Source: Escherichia coli
GTDB taxonomy: Bacteria > Pseudomonadota > Gammaproteobacteria > Enterobacterales > Enterobacteriaceae
NCBI RefSeq assembly: GCF_050920415.1
Contig: NZ_CP169309.1
Reading direction: 5' to 3' (one strand)
DNA: 64,000 nucleotides
The notes below the pieces were generated by a model. The model saw nothing but the letters and a program-made list of their open reading frames with translations, was not told the origin of the DNA and did no database searches. Shown here in pieces: positions 11,983 to 23,161 of this stretch (the first letter of the stretch is position 1; each line of letters starts with the position of its first letter). The position numbers were made by a program, and so were the translations under genes.

Positions 11983-13116
11983 TCAAAACGAAGCTAATTG
12001 ACCCTGAATCCAGATTTGTTGCACATGCAGTCCGCTATCCAGCGCAACGACGCTGGCGCGTTTGCCCGGTTTAAGTGATCCCAAAACACCATCAACACCC
12101 AGCATTCGCGCCGGATGCAGCGACGCCATATGGATGGCTTCCGCTGGCGTTACGCCCGTCAGCTCGACCATATTGCGAACAGCCGCATCAACAGACAGCG
12201 TACTGCCCGCCAGTCCACCGGACGCGGTACGGACAACGCCGTCGTGCATCTGCACCTCTTCACCACATAACGTATAGCGACCATCCGGCATCCCGGCTGC
12301 CTGCATCGCGTCGGTGATGAGCACGATTCTCTCTTTCGCACAGCAACAACACAGCGACATCGCCGCCGGATGTACATGATGACCATCGGCTATCAGTTCC
12401 AGCCAGGCGCGCTTGTCCGTTAATCCTGCGCCAACCATTCCCGGTTCGCGGTGATGTAAACCTGTCATCCCGTTATAGCAATGCACCAGGCCGTCGGCAC
12501 CAGCGTCAAACGCGGCGCGGGTTTGTTGCCAGGTTGCTGCGCTATGTCCCAGCATTACCCGCACGTTCTGCTGTTTAAGATGACGAATGGCTTGTAACGC
12601 GCCCGTTTTTTCCGGTGCCAGCGCCACCACGCGCAAGGTATGCCGTGAAACAGCAATCAATTGATCCAGCTCGGCAATTTCCAGCTCGCGAAACAGCTCC
12701 GGCGGATGTGCGCCTTTATTCTGCGGCGTGAAGTACGGTCCTTCGAGATAACTCCCCAGCACTTGCGCACCAGGTCCACCGCGCTGGCAGCGTAGAGCAA
12801 TACGTTCCAGCGCCGCATGAATGGTATTAAGCGGCGCGGTTACGGTAGTCGGCAACCAACTGCCGACACCTTCCCGTGCCTTGTGCATTGCCAGCTTGTC
12901 GAGCACATCCGGCGCGTCATCCATAACATCAACGCCCGCACCACCGTGTACATGGGTATCGATATAAGCGGGGCAGAGCAGTTCCGCATCGCGTTCAGCC
13001 ACGCCCACTGGAATCGGTTCGATTGCTGCAATTACACCGTCAGCAATATGCAACTGATGATCATCAAGCCAGCCCTCCTCAGTCAGCAGCCTTCTGGCGC
13101 GCAGAACGTGTGTCAT
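11983..13116 (-). CDS. agaA: N-acetylgalactosamine-6-phosphate deacetylase AgaA (NagA family), full length
   Basis: ORF 11983..13137 trimmed to the ATG at 13116, which forms an ATGA overlap with the agaF stop; amidohydrolase metal-binding motifs; intact, unlike the truncated K-12 allele. Confidence 0.85.
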   Translation of the reverse strand: MTHVLRARRLLTEEGWLDDHQLHIADGVIAAIEPIPVGVAERDAELLCPAYIDTHVHGGAGVDVMDDAPDVLDKLAMHKAREGVGSWLPTTVTAPLNTIHAALERIALRCQRGGPGAQVLGSYLEGPYFTPQNKGAHPPELFRELEIAELDQLIAVSRHTLRVVALAPEKTGALQAIRHLKQQNVRVMLGHSAATWQQTRAAFDAGADGLVHCYNGMTGLHHREPGMVGAGLTDKRAWLELIADGHHVHPAAMSLCCCCAKERIVLITDAMQAAGMPDGRYTLCGEEVQMHDGVVRTASGGLAGSTLSVDAAVRNMVELTGVTPAEAIHMASLHPARMLGVDGVLGSLKPGKRASVVALDSGLHVQQIWIQGQLASF

Positions 13117-13547
13117 ATTCCTTCCTCGACCGGACATTCTTCATGGCAGCGGCCTAACTCGTCCACCAGACTGGTCAGCCCACGGTGTCCACTCTCCAGC
13201 GCCTGTACACGGAATTCTTCACCGCTTAACCCTTCGCGCTCCAGCACCATTTCCAGTAACAGTTGCAAATTGGTGCCGGTGATCACTTCATAGCCCGGTT
13301 TTTGCATCGCCAGCGTTGAAGCCACGCGAAACGGTGTGCCGCCCAGCAAATCTGTCAGAAAAACAATGCCGTCTTCACAATCCAGTTTGGCAATGGCTTC
13401 TTCAAGCTGCGATGTAAGCAGCGCAGTGCTTGAGGTTTCCGGAAAATCAATGGCGATAAACTGCGACTGCTCGCCGAGGATTTGCTTCATTGCTTTTTCC
13501 ATGCCGCTGGCAAATCCGCCATGCCCTGTCAAAATAATACTTAACAT
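13113..13547 (-). CDS. agaF: PTS N-acetylgalactosamine EIIA component
   Basis: 144-aa ORF, mannose-family IIA. Confidence 0.85.
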   Translation of the reverse strand: MLSIILTGHGGFASGMEKAMKQILGEQSQFIAIDFPETSSTALLTSQLEEAIAKLDCEDGIVFLTDLLGGTPFRVASTLAMQKPGYEVITGTNLQLLLEMVLEREGLSGEEFRVQALESGHRGLTSLVDELGRCHEECPVEEGI

Positions 13548-13564
13548 CTAATACCTCATTGTAT

Positions 13565-14449
13565 TTAAAGGAAATGACAGAATTTACCGACGATGCCAAG
13601 AACCACGGTAACCGCAATCAGGCGCAGCGGACTCCAGCCGCGGCGTACCAGCCAGAACATGGTCAGGGTGTAGACCAGCGGTAAGAAGGCAGGCATCAGT
13701 TTGTCGATAACGTCAGCCTGCAGCTTAACCACTGCGTCGCCCGCCGTGATTTCCAGCGTGGTGCTTAAACGAACATAGGTTGCCACCAGCGCGCCGATCA
13801 CCGTCATCCCAACGATAGACGCTGCATGGCCGACTTTTTTGGTATTCGCTTTAATGAGTGGGATCGCCGCCACGCCCATGCGGTAAGCATAATGCGCCAG
13901 ACCAAAACGCAGCCCCAGGTGTACCACGTTGAACAGCACAATAAAGACGACTGCGCCAAGAATAGAGCCTTGCAATGCCAGACTGGCACCAATCCCGCCA
14001 CAAATCGGCAGTAACGTTAGCCAGAACATGGCATCGCCAATCCCGCCGAGCGGCGCACCGACGGCAATTTTGGTGCTCTGAATACTGTTAACGTCCTGCT
14101 TAGAACGCTCCATCGCGAGGATAATGCCAATAACAAACGTCACCAGAAATGGATGGGTATTGAAGAAACCCATATGTCCCTTCATGGCGCGCGCCAGGTC
14201 GCGTTTATTAGTGTGGATCTTTTTCAGAGCAGGCAGCAGACCGTACAACCAGCCGGAAGCCTGCATACGCTCGTAGTTAAAAGACGCTTGTAACAGCATG
14301 GAACGCCAGGCGACGCGGTTGATATCTTTTTTTGTTAGCTCCGCGCCAATGCTCTGATCTTCGTATACGTTTTCATTGACGCCTGTCAGTAGTGTCTCTT
14401 CATTTTCGCTGACGTTCGGCAGGGTGGTTTGATTAGATGCCATCTTCAA
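13565..14449 (-). CDS. agaE: PTS N-acetylgalactosamine EIID component
   Basis: 294-aa ORF, paralogous to agaD; exact start uncertain. Confidence 0.82.
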   Translation of the reverse strand: MKMASNQTTLPNVSENEETLLTGVNENVYEDQSIGAELTKKDINRVAWRSMLLQASFNYERMQASGWLYGLLPALKKIHTNKRDLARAMKGHMGFFNTHPFLVTFVIGIILAMERSKQDVNSIQSTKIAVGAPLGGIGDAMFWLTLLPICGGIGASLALQGSILGAVVFIVLFNVVHLGLRFGLAHYAYRMGVAAIPLIKANTKKVGHAASIVGMTVIGALVATYVRLSTTLEITAGDAVVKLQADVIDKLMPAFLPLVYTLTMFWLVRRGWSPLRLIAVTVVLGIVGKFCHFL

Positions 14450-15212
14450 ATTCCTCTTTCTGTGCCGCAGGTTGAGTCGGTTCAGGAGATTTACGCAGCA
14501 GGTCGATCAGCGCCATCGCCAGCGCGGCGGCAGCAATAGCCAGCACCGGTAACTTGAGCCAGGCGGCGGCAACGAAGCCCAGGATGAAGTAGGGGATATA
14601 GACGTTTTTCATCATGATTTTCAGCAGCACGGCAAAACCGATTGCTGGCATGATGCCGCCCGCGACGCCAAGGCCGTCGATTAACCGTTGCGGCAGGACA
14701 TCAATGATGGTTTTTGCATGCTCCGCGCCGAAGTAGATAGGCAGGAAAGCGCAGAGAAAATAGAACGTGCCGAGTGCCAGCAATGCCAGATAGTTCACGC
14801 GTTCAATGCCGCGAGTATCGGCGTTCTCCGCCATCCGGTCGCAGCGGGACATCACGCCAGACATCACCGAGAACAGGAAGGTAATCCCCATCTGTACTGC
14901 GACAGCGAAAGGTACGGCGACACCGACCGCGACATCCGGTTTCACACCAGTAGTAATGGCAAATGCCGTGCCGACGATAGTTCCGATAATCACGTTAGGC
15001 GGCTGTGCGCCCGCCAGTGGTGCCAGCCCCATCCACACCAGTTCCAGCGTACCGCCGGTTAAAATACCGGTATGCAGATCGCCAAGCACCAACCCAACTA
15101 ACGGGCCGAGGACCACCGGGCGGTGCATATGGGTCAAGCCGTTAAACATATCCAGGCCAGCGATAAAGGCGATAATGCCCAACGCAAATGCCTGCAACAG
15201 ACTGATTTCCAT
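14433..15212 (-). CDS. agaW: PTS N-acetylgalactosamine EIIC component
   Basis: 259-aa hydrophobic ORF paralogous to agaC; full length. Confidence 0.85.
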   Translation of the reverse strand: MEISLLQAFALGIIAFIAGLDMFNGLTHMHRPVVLGPLVGLVLGDLHTGILTGGTLELVWMGLAPLAGAQPPNVIIGTIVGTAFAITTGVKPDVAVGVAVPFAVAVQMGITFLFSVMSGVMSRCDRMAENADTRGIERVNYLALLALGTFYFLCAFLPIYFGAEHAKTIIDVLPQRLIDGLGVAGGIMPAIGFAVLLKIMMKNVYIPYFILGFVAAAWLKLPVLAIAAAALAMALIDLLRKSPEPTQPAAQKEEFEDGI

Positions 15213-15222
15213 AATGAATCCC

Positions 15223-15696
15223 TCAAAGTAATTTAAAGAGGTCCACAGCAGGTTCTGTCGGAACGCCCTGAACGAAGCATTCCACCCCAGCGGCTTTCAG
15301 GCCGTTAAATGCCGCGATATCGCTCGCATCCACAGAAACCGTTTTGGCAATTTGCTGCTTGCCATTGGCATAGTGCATGTTGCCAACGTTAATGCGACTC
15401 ACCGGGACCCCACCTTTAACCAGCGTCAGGAAATCGGCAGGTGTTTTACAAACCAGCAGAATTTTCTGCCGATCGGCGGCGCGGTGGATGTTGTCGATCA
15501 CTTTTTGCAGCGTCCAGAAACGTACGGCGATCCCTTCTGCCAGTACCATTTCCATCAGGTTTTGTTGTACCGGATCTTCGGCAACCTCGTCATTGGCTAC
15601 CAGCACCAGATTTGCCCCCGCGAATCCGACCCACTGAACGCCGACCTGACCGTGAATCAAGCGTTCATCAATCCGGCTTAAAACAATATTTGGCAT
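15223..15696 (-). CDS. agaV: PTS N-acetylgalactosamine EIIB component
   Basis: ORF 15223..15732 trimmed to MPNIVLSRID... ATG at 15696; paralogous to agaB. Confidence 0.85.
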   Translation of the reverse strand: MPNIVLSRIDERLIHGQVGVQWVGFAGANLVLVANDEVAEDPVQQNLMEMVLAEGIAVRFWTLQKVIDNIHRAADRQKILLVCKTPADFLTLVKGGVPVSRINVGNMHYANGKQQIAKTVSVDASDIAAFNGLKAAGVECFVQGVPTEPAVDLFKLL

Positions 15697-15718
15697 AGCG
15701 TGTTCCTCTTTGTTTTGC

Positions 15719-16999
15719 TTATTGGCCTTCACAGGCTGTGTGGTACTGCGCCAGGATGTCCTGAATATGGTTGATAATGAGTTCCCGTGGCGTTGGCTGC
15801 AGCTCGCCGGAGCGAACTTTCACGTATTGCAGCGGCAGGTACTGACTGATGAGCGGCAGCGGAATCGGTGAATCCGCCAGATTACGAACCAGATGAGCGA
15901 AAGCGTCATCAATCTGGCTGTCCGGCCAGTAATAGCGCACGCGATCCGAGTAGCTATAACCACGCGCCAGGCGACGTGCGTTGCCGTCACCGTGGTAGTG
16001 GCTTTGCCAGTATTCCGGGCGGTCGAGCATCACGTTTTCCAGTACCTGACGCAGACCGGAACAGGCTTTCGCTGGCACCAGTTCTTCTTCAATCGCTGCC
16101 AGTGAAAACAGTGCTTCACGCAGGGCGAAGGTCAGCGCTGGGCCAACTTTCAGAATGGAAAAGTGGTCAATCACCAGCTGGCGCAGCGATTGCGGCGTTT
16201 GATAATCGGTAGAGTGCGCTTCGAAAATCAGCGTTTCGTAGTTTTCGACCATCTGGCTTAAGGCGGTCGCTTTAGCTGGCTGATAATCAATAACGTTGGT
16301 GTGATCGAATTCGACGCCGGGTTGTACCACCAGAGCAATGATGCGTGGCCAGATGGCATTCAGACCTTGCTTTTCAAAGGCGTGACGATGGGCTTCCAGC
16401 GTGGCGCGGGCGGCATCCGGCGTGGTGACCGCCAGCTCGCTTAAGGTTTCATGCGCGCCGCCAGGTACCGGCACTTCGGTACCAATGACATAGACCAGAT
16501 CGGCTTCGCCAAAGTGTTCACGGCAGGTTTCTTCCGCGACTTTAGCCAGTCGGGCGGCGCGTTCAGCCACGATGTCATCGGTTAAGGGAACCGGATCGTC
16601 CTGACAGGACATGCTGCAATCAAGGTGAATTTTTTTGAATCCTGCCGCCACGTAGCTTTTAATCAAATCATCGGCATTGGCCATCGCCTGAGCTGCAGGC
16701 AGGTTTTGCCAGCGGTTTGGCCCCAGATGATCACCACCCAGAATCAACGCGTCTTGTGGGAAATTCAATGAGTCGGCGAGCTGACAAACAAAGCCGCGAA
16801 AATCGGCGGGTGTCATTCCGGTATAACCGCCGAACTGGTCCACCTGATTGGATGTCGCTTCAATCAGTAACGGTGTTTGGTTTGCACTGGCGTAGCGGAT
16901 TGCAGCTTCCAGCACCAGCGGGTGTGCGGAACAAACGGCATAAATCCCATTTGTTTTGCCCTCTTTGTGCTGCCTCACCATTTCTGTCAGATGTTTCAC
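15719..16999 (-). CDS. kbaZ: Tagatose-bisphosphate aldolase non-catalytic subunit KbaZ
   Basis: ORF 15719..17065; start placed at in-frame GTG 16997-16999 giving (M)KHLTEMVRQ...; an alternative ATG lies 7 codons downstream. Confidence 0.8.
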   Translation of the reverse strand: MKHLTEMVRQHKEGKTNGIYAVCSAHPLVLEAAIRYASANQTPLLIEATSNQVDQFGGYTGMTPADFRGFVCQLADSLNFPQDALILGGDHLGPNRWQNLPAAQAMANADDLIKSYVAAGFKKIHLDCSMSCQDDPVPLTDDIVAERAARLAKVAEETCREHFGEADLVYVIGTEVPVPGGAHETLSELAVTTPDAARATLEAHRHAFEKQGLNAIWPRIIALVVQPGVEFDHTNVIDYQPAKATALSQMVENYETLIFEAHSTDYQTPQSLRQLVIDHFSILKVGPALTFALREALFSLAAIEEELVPAKACSGLRQVLENVMLDRPEYWQSHYHGDGNARRLARGYSYSDRVRYYWPDSQIDDAFAHLVRNLADSPIPLPLISQYLPLQYVKVRSGELQPTPRELIINHIQDILAQYHTACEGQ

Positions 17000-17065
17000 T
17001 TTCCTCTCCAGTTCAGATTGCTGCGATATTAATCTTTCGTTTTGTTTCAGTTGATACTGCGTCAT

Positions 17066-17247
17066 GGTGAGATAAAAATAAAACGAAAGATAATAGTTTT
17101 CTGATCTGATTCACAAAAGAAACATAATGAAAGTCACTGAAACGAGAGTAGCTTGCGTCAATGGGCAAGGTGGGCTTGCATTTGCTCAATAGAAAGGCGT
17201 TAATAGACAAAACGAAATGAAACGAAAGTTTTACGAAAGGACTTACT
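17066..17247. promoter_or_regulatory. Divergent kbaZ / agaR promoter region with AgaR-type operator repeats
   Basis: Motifs AAAACGAAAGA, GAAACGAGAG, AAAACGAAATGAAACGAAAGTTTTACGAAAGG. Confidence 0.6.
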
Positions 17248-18057
17248 ATGAGTAATACCGACGCTTCAGGCGAGAAGCGAGTGACAGGCACCAGCGAGCG
17301 ACGAGAACAAATCATTCAGCGCCTGCGACAGCAAGGGAGTGTGCAGGTTAACGATCTGTCGGCATTGTATGGCGTATCTACTGTGACGATCCGCAACGAT
17401 CTGGCGTTTCTGGAAAAGCAGGGGATCGCTGTGCGGGCCTATGGCGGCGCGTTGATCTGCGATAGCACGACGCCGTCAGTCGAGCCATCAGTGGAAGATA
17501 AAAGCGCGCTGAACACTGCGATGAAACGCAGCGTTGCGAAAGCTGCCGTTGAGTTGATTCAGCCAGGTCATCGGGTGATCCTCGATTCCGGGACCACCAC
17601 TTTTGAGATTGCTCGTCTGATGCGCAAGCACACTGACGTAATTGCGATGACCAATGGTATGAACGTAGCCAATGCACTGCTGGAAGCAGAAGGCGTTGAA
17701 CTTCTTATGACCGGCGGGCATCTGCGGCGTCAGTCGCAATCTTTTTACGGCGATCAGGCTGAACAATCGCTACAAAATTACCACTTTGATATGCTTTTTC
17801 TCGGCGTAGATGCGATCGATCTGGAGCGCGGCGTCAGCACGCATAATGAAGATGAAGCCCGTTTAAACCGTCGGATGTGCGAAGTTGCGGAACGGATCAT
17901 TGTGGTCACCGATTCCAGTAAGTTCAACCGTTCCAGTTTACATAAGATCATTGATACTCAACGTATCGACATGATCATTGTTGATGAAGGCATTCCTGCG
18001 GATAGTCTGGAAGGACTGCGAAAGGCTGGGGTTGAAGTGATTCTGGTCGGGGAGTGA
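17248..18057 (+). CDS. agaR: DeoR-family transcriptional repressor AgaR
   Basis: 269-aa ORF with N-terminal HTH and DeoR C-terminal sugar-phosphate-binding domain. Confidence 0.9.
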
Positions 18058-18111
18058 GAAAGGGGGCCCGCTGGTCAACACCAATGTGTTCGGCGGGCAT
18101 TGTGAACACCA

Positions 18112-18576
18112 TCAATGGTTTTCTTCTGTCTCTTGGGTGAGGCTTTCCCAGCCGGCAGGAGGATGTCCTCTTTTTAACATTTTACTGAATACGGTATAGG
18201 CATCTGTTTTTTTACCGTAGGTGCGCAGCGTGTTTTCATCGTTCATCCATCCCAGAATGATGACTTTCTCTTTTTCACTGTAACGAAAGAAGAGACGATA
18301 GCGACCAGCACCAAATTTTACCCGTGACCAGTCTTTATTTTTCCCAGAGCCTAACGACTTGCCATGACGGAATGCCGGTGATGATGGATTGACCGTGATA
18401 TGCTCCTCAATCACTTTATGGACCACCGCCAATAACTTTGTGGCAGCTTTTCTCTGATAATTTTCAGGATCTTTTCCCTTTAATGCCTCGACTTCGGCAA
18501 CTAAAGCATCGTAGGTTTCCTGAAAACAGGGATGAGCATATAGCGCCCAACCATTAACCCTTTGTGGAAAATCCAT
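18112..18576 (-). CDS. yhaV: Toxin YhaV (ribosome-dependent mRNA interferase)
   Basis: 154-aa ORF immediately downstream of and 1-bp-overlapping prlF; sequence recognised as YhaV. Confidence 0.88.
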   Translation of the reverse strand: MDFPQRVNGWALYAHPCFQETYDALVAEVEALKGKDPENYQRKAATKLLAVVHKVIEEHITVNPSSPAFRHGKSLGSGKNKDWSRVKFGAGRYRLFFRYSEKEKVIILGWMNDENTLRTYGKKTDAYTVFSKMLKRGHPPAGWESLTQETEENH

Positions 18577-18911
18577 TATTCGTCGTCGCCAATCTCATCG
18601 TCAATGTTGACGTCCATGCCAGCGACAAGTTTCTTTCCTTGTTGAATGTCGAATGGACGAGTTTTTTGCGGGTTATTCTGGATATCTGCATCCAGAAAAC
18701 GCAAAAATGCATTCATAGTATGATCCTCCTGTTCATCTCCCAGTCGGCACATAAATACTTGCCCACCAGGCAGAATTTCGTAATGAATGCTGTCCAGGCC
18801 TGGCTTCAGTTTTAAGGCCTCACGCACTGGCGCGGGGATAGTTGTTTGTCCGCGTATCGTGACCTTTGATTCAGTGGTCAGTACAGCGTTAGAGCGAGCA
18901 TTAGCGGGCAT
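18576..18911 (-). CDS. prlF: Antitoxin PrlF (SohA), AbrB/SpoVT-like fold
   Basis: 111-aa ORF with acidic C-terminal tail (DDEIGDDE), upstream of yhaV. Confidence 0.88.
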   Translation of the reverse strand: MPANARSNAVLTTESKVTIRGQTTIPAPVREALKLKPGLDSIHYEILPGGQVFMCRLGDEQEDHTMNAFLRFLDADIQNNPQKTRPFDIQQGKKLVAGMDVNIDDEIGDDE

Positions 18912-18967
18912 TATTTACTGTCCTTTTACAGCCTGTTTTCTGCTCAAATTATAAGCTTGAACTAAGG

Positions 18968-18983
18968 TAATGCAAATGCATTA
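18968..18983. promoter_or_regulatory. Near-perfect inverted repeat TAATGCAAATGCATTA in the prlF promoter (candidate PrlF-YhaV operator)
   Basis: 16-nt palindrome (2 central mismatches) 57 bp upstream of the prlF start. Confidence 0.5.
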
Positions 18984-19007
18984 TTAATGGATGTGTGGAC
19001 TTTAAAC

Positions 19008-19037
19008 AATAAAAACATGGCACTAAGGCCATGTTTT
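19008..19037 (-). terminator. Rho-independent terminator downstream of garD
   Basis: Hairpin CATGGC-N6-GCCATG followed by a T-tract on the minus strand. Confidence 0.6.
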
Positions 19038-19059
19038 GCGAGGGACGTTCCAAAAGAAA

Positions 19060-20631
19060 TCAAGTCACCGGTGCCGGGTTAAACACCGCCAGCTGGTTAT
19101 GCAGTCCCCATTGATCTGAGAAGGTTTTCTTCTTCCCGCTGGCGACGTCGAGAATAAAATGGAACAATTTCCAGCCCACCTCTTCAATAGTTTCTTCGCC
19201 GGTAGCGATGGTGCCCGCATTAATATCCATTAAATCAAACCAGCGGTTCGCCAGCTCGGTGCGGGTCGCCATTTTAATGACGGGTACCGCCATCAGGCCG
19301 TACGGCGTACCACGGCCGGTCGTAAACACTTGCACGGTAATCCCCGAAGCCACCTGTTGCGTGCCACAGACAAAATCGCTGGCTGGCGTCGCAGCGTAAA
19401 TTAATCCGCGTTTAGTCGGGCGTTGACCGGGCGACAGCACTTCAACAATTGCACTTTTACCCGATTTAGCAATGGAGCCGAGCGCTTTCTCCACCACATT
19501 TGCCAGACCGCCTTTCTTGTTGCCCGGCGAAGGGTTGGCGCTGCGGTCGGTTTTTCCCATATTGAGATAGTTATCGTACCACTCCATCTCCTCCAGCAGC
19601 CGTTTGCCGACCTCTTCGTTCACTGCGCGCGGCGTCAGCAGATGGATCGCGTCACGCACTTCTGTGACTTCCGAGAACATCACCGTTGCACCGCAGCGCA
19701 CCAGTAGATCAGATGCATAACCCACGGCTGGATTTGCCGTTACGCCAGAAAACGCATCGCTGCCACCGCACTGCATGCCGACAACCAGTTCTGAAGCCGG
19801 ACAGGTTTCTCGCTGACGTTGATTCAGTTTTTGTAGATGGCGTTCGGCGACCTGCAAAATATCCTCGACCATGGACTGAAAACCGACATGCTTTTCATCC
19901 TGCAAACTGACAATGCTGGCGCTTTCTACTGGAATAGCTTGCACATCATCCGTTCCAGTCAGCAGGCGTTCAGGCTGCAACTTTTCACAACCCAGACCAA
20001 TCACCATTACTTCGCCGCCAAAGTTAGGGTTCAGCGAAATATTGTGAATGGTACGAATAGGCACAACTGCCGCCGGTGCGTTAATCGCCACGCCACAACC
20101 GTACAAATGATTCAGCCCCACCACGCCATCGACGTTCGGGTATTTCGGTAGCAGATCGCGTTCAATGATTTTTACTACATAGTCCACCACGCCTGCCACA
20201 CAGTGGACGCTGGTGGTGATGCCGAGCAGGTTTTTGGTGCCCACGCTGCCATCGGCATTGCGATAGCCCTCAAAGGTGTATCCTTCCAGTGGCGGTAAGG
20301 GGGCCGGGACTTTAGTTGCCAGTGGCAGCGTGTGTAACGGTGGCGCTTCCGGTAGTACAACCATTGATTCGTCGATCCAGCTTCCGCGTGGGATTGCGCG
20401 CACGGCGTAACCAATCACTTCACCATAACGAATAATTTCACCATTAGCCGGAATGTCCAGCAATGCGACTTTATGCCCCTGGGGAATATGTTCAATTAAT
20501 TCCAGCCCATCCGGAAAACGCGTTCCTGCTTTCAGGCCATTATCATTAACAATAATTGCCACATTATCTGTGTCGTGAACTTTTATATAAAACGCAGTTG
20601 GCGTTTCTTGTCTGATTTCGATGTTGGCCAT
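19060..20631 (-). CDS. garD: Galactarate dehydratase GarD
   Basis: 523-aa ORF, SAF-domain plus altronate-dehydratase-like sequence; divergent from garP. Confidence 0.9.
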   Translation of the reverse strand: MANIEIRQETPTAFYIKVHDTDNVAIIVNDNGLKAGTRFPDGLELIEHIPQGHKVALLDIPANGEIIRYGEVIGYAVRAIPRGSWIDESMVVLPEAPPLHTLPLATKVPAPLPPLEGYTFEGYRNADGSVGTKNLLGITTSVHCVAGVVDYVVKIIERDLLPKYPNVDGVVGLNHLYGCGVAINAPAAVVPIRTIHNISLNPNFGGEVMVIGLGCEKLQPERLLTGTDDVQAIPVESASIVSLQDEKHVGFQSMVEDILQVAERHLQKLNQRQRETCPASELVVGMQCGGSDAFSGVTANPAVGYASDLLVRCGATVMFSEVTEVRDAIHLLTPRAVNEEVGKRLLEEMEWYDNYLNMGKTDRSANPSPGNKKGGLANVVEKALGSIAKSGKSAIVEVLSPGQRPTKRGLIYAATPASDFVCGTQQVASGITVQVFTTGRGTPYGLMAVPVIKMATRTELANRWFDLMDINAGTIATGEETIEEVGWKLFHFILDVASGKKKTFSDQWGLHNQLAVFNPAPVT

Positions 20632-21005
20632 TGTGCAATATTCTCCAGCCAGGGGTTATTAAAATGAGGACCTGGTCTCATTTAAAAATAAATGACTTCA
20701 TTGGGTGAAATAAGAATGTCAGGAGTTTAAACGCAGAAATGTGATCAATGTCAATCATTTCAGGGATTGCAGTGCCGCCCGGCAGGGTAAAGAGCAAATC
20801 TGTGCTTTAGCGCGCAACCTTATGTGCATATGCTCAAAATAATATTTAAATAGTAATAATTAAATTAGCATTTGCACAATGATTATTATTCTCTCGCTGC
20901 TTATACTAATTCCTGAGTTCATTGTCGTAACGGCATAAATAAAACTCATAAATAACACCTTCCCCATAATAATAAAAATCAGCATAAGTACCCGAGGTAA
21001 ATAAA
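20632..21005. promoter_or_regulatory. AT-rich divergent garD / garPLRK promoter region
   Basis: 374-bp AT-rich intergenic region between divergent operons. Confidence 0.5.
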
Positions 21006-22340
21006 ATGATTCTGGACACCGTTGACGTAAAAAAGAAAGGCGTGCATACCCGCTATTTAATATTACTGATTATTTTTATTGTTACCGCCGTTAACTACGC
21101 CGATCGTGCAACGCTGTCTATTGCTGGTACCGAAGTGGCAAAAGAGTTGCAGTTAAGTGCGGTTTCGATGGGTTACATCTTTTCTGCTTTTGGCTGGGCC
21201 TACTTGCTGATGCAAATCCCCGGCGGCTGGCTGCTTGATAAGTTTGGCTCGAAAAAAGTTTACACCTACAGCCTCTTTTTCTGGTCGCTATTCACCTTCC
21301 TGCAAGGCTTTGTTGATATGTTCCCGCTGGCCTGGGCAGGGATCTCCATGTTCTTTATGCGCTTTATGCTCGGCTTCTCGGAAGCGCCATCATTCCCGGC
21401 GAACGCCCGTATTGTCGCCGCCTGGTTCCCGACGAAAGAACGTGGTACTGCCTCCGCCATCTTTAACTCGGCGCAATATTTCTCGCTGGCGCTCTTTTCG
21501 CCTCTGCTTGGCTGGCTGACTTTCGCCTGGGGATGGGAGCACGTCTTTACCGTTATGGGGGTGATTGGTTTTGTGCTGACGGCGCTGTGGATCAAGTTGA
21601 TTCATAACCCGACAGATCACCCACGTATGTCTGCGGAAGAGCTGAAGTTTATATCTGAAAATGGCGCGGTGGTCGATATGGACCACAAAAAGCCGGGCAG
21701 CGCGGCAGCAAGCGGTCCCAAACTGCATTACATCAAGCAATTGCTCTCTAACCGCATGATGTTGGGCGTATTTTTCGGACAATATTTTATCAACACCATC
21801 ACCTGGTTCTTCCTCACCTGGTTCCCGATTTATCTGGTGCAGGAAAAAGGCATGTCGATTCTGAAAGTGGGTCTGGTCGCCTCGATTCCGGCACTGTGTG
21901 GTTTTGCGGGCGGCGTGCTGGGAGGTATCTTCTCGGATTATCTGATCAAACGCGGTTTGTCCCTGACCCTGGCACGTAAGCTACCGATTGTGCTGGGAAT
22001 GTTGCTGGCTTCCACCATCATCTTATGTAACTACACCAATAACACCACGCTGGTGGTCATGCTGATGGCGCTGGCCTTCTTTGGCAAAGGATTTGGCGCG
22101 CTGGGCTGGCCGGTGATTTCTGACACCGCGCCGAAAGAGATAGTTGGCCTCTGCGGCGGCGTCTTTAACGTCTTTGGAAATGTTGCCTCCATTGTCACTC
22201 CACTGGTGATTGGCTACCTGGTAAGTGAACTGAACTCCTTCAATGCAGCACTGGTTTTCGTGGGATGTTCAGCGCTGATGGCGATGGTCTGCTACCTCTT
22301 CGTAGTTGGCGACATTAAACGTATGGAATTGCAGAAATAA
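21006..22340 (+). CDS. garP: Galactarate/glucarate/glycerate MFS transporter GarP
   Basis: 444-aa multi-pass MFS ORF. Confidence 0.9.
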   Translation: MILDTVDVKKKGVHTRYLILLIIFIVTAVNYADRATLSIAGTEVAKELQLSAVSMGYIFSAFGWAYLLMQIPGGWLLDKFGSKKVYTYSLFFWSLFTFLQGFVDMFPLAWAGISMFFMRFMLGFSEAPSFPANARIVAAWFPTKERGTASAIFNSAQYFSLALFSPLLGWLTFAWGWEHVFTVMGVIGFVLTALWIKLIHNPTDHPRMSAEELKFISENGAVVDMDHKKPGSAAASGPKLHYIKQLLSNRMMLGVFFGQYFINTITWFFLTWFPIYLVQEKGMSILKVGLVASIPALCGFAGGVLGGIFSDYLIKRGLSLTLARKLPIVLGMLLASTIILCNYTNNTTLVVMLMALAFFGKGFGALGWPVISDTAPKEIVGLCGGVFNVFGNVASIVTPLVIGYLVSELNSFNAALVFVGCSALMAMVCYLFVVGDIKRMELQK

Positions 22341-22355
22341 GCAAAGGTATAAGCG

Positions 22356-23126
22356 ATGAATAACGATGTTTTCCCGAATAAATTCAAAGCCGCACTGGCT
22401 GCGAAACAGGTACAAATTGGTTGCTGGTCAGCACTCTCTAACCCGATTAGCACTGAAGTTCTTGGTTTGGCTGGGTTTGACTGGCTGGTGCTGGATGGCG
22501 AACATGCGCCAAACGATATCTCCACGTTTATTCCGCAGTTAATGGCCCTGAAAGGCAGCGCCAGCGCGCCAGTAGTGCGAGTGCCGACCAACGAGCCGGT
22601 AATTATAAAGCGTCTTCTGGATATCGGTTTCTATAACTTCCTGATTCCTTTTGTAGAAACAAAAGAGGAAGCAGAGCAGGCGGTGGCATCAACCCGTTAT
22701 CCACCGGAAGGCATTCGCGGCGTCTCCGTTTCTCACCGCGCCAATATGTTTGGCACCGTGGCGGATTATTTCGCTCAGTCGAACAAGAACATCACCATTC
22801 TGGTCCAGATAGAAAGTCAGCAGGGCGTAGATAACGTCGATGCCATTGCCGCTACCGAAGGTGTAGACGGTATCTTCGTCGGCCCCAGCGATCTGGCTGC
22901 GGCATTAGGCCATCTCGGCAATGCCTCGCACCCGGATGTACAAAAAGCAATCCAGCATATTTTTAACCGTGCCAGTGCGCACGGCAAACCCAGCGGTATC
23001 CTCGCGCCGGTCGAAGCCGATGCGCGTCGTTATCTGGAATGGGGCGCGACGTTTGTGGCTGTCGGCAGCGATCTCGGCGTCTTCCGCTCTGCCACTCAGA
23101 AACTGGCTGATACCTTTAAAAAATAA
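22356..23126 (+). CDS. garL: 5-keto-4-deoxy-D-glucarate (2-dehydro-3-deoxyglucarate) aldolase GarL
   Basis: 256-aa ORF, HpcH/HpaI aldolase family. Confidence 0.9.
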
Positions 23127-23161
23127 CCACCACCGCAACAAGAGAGATGATTGATATGACT

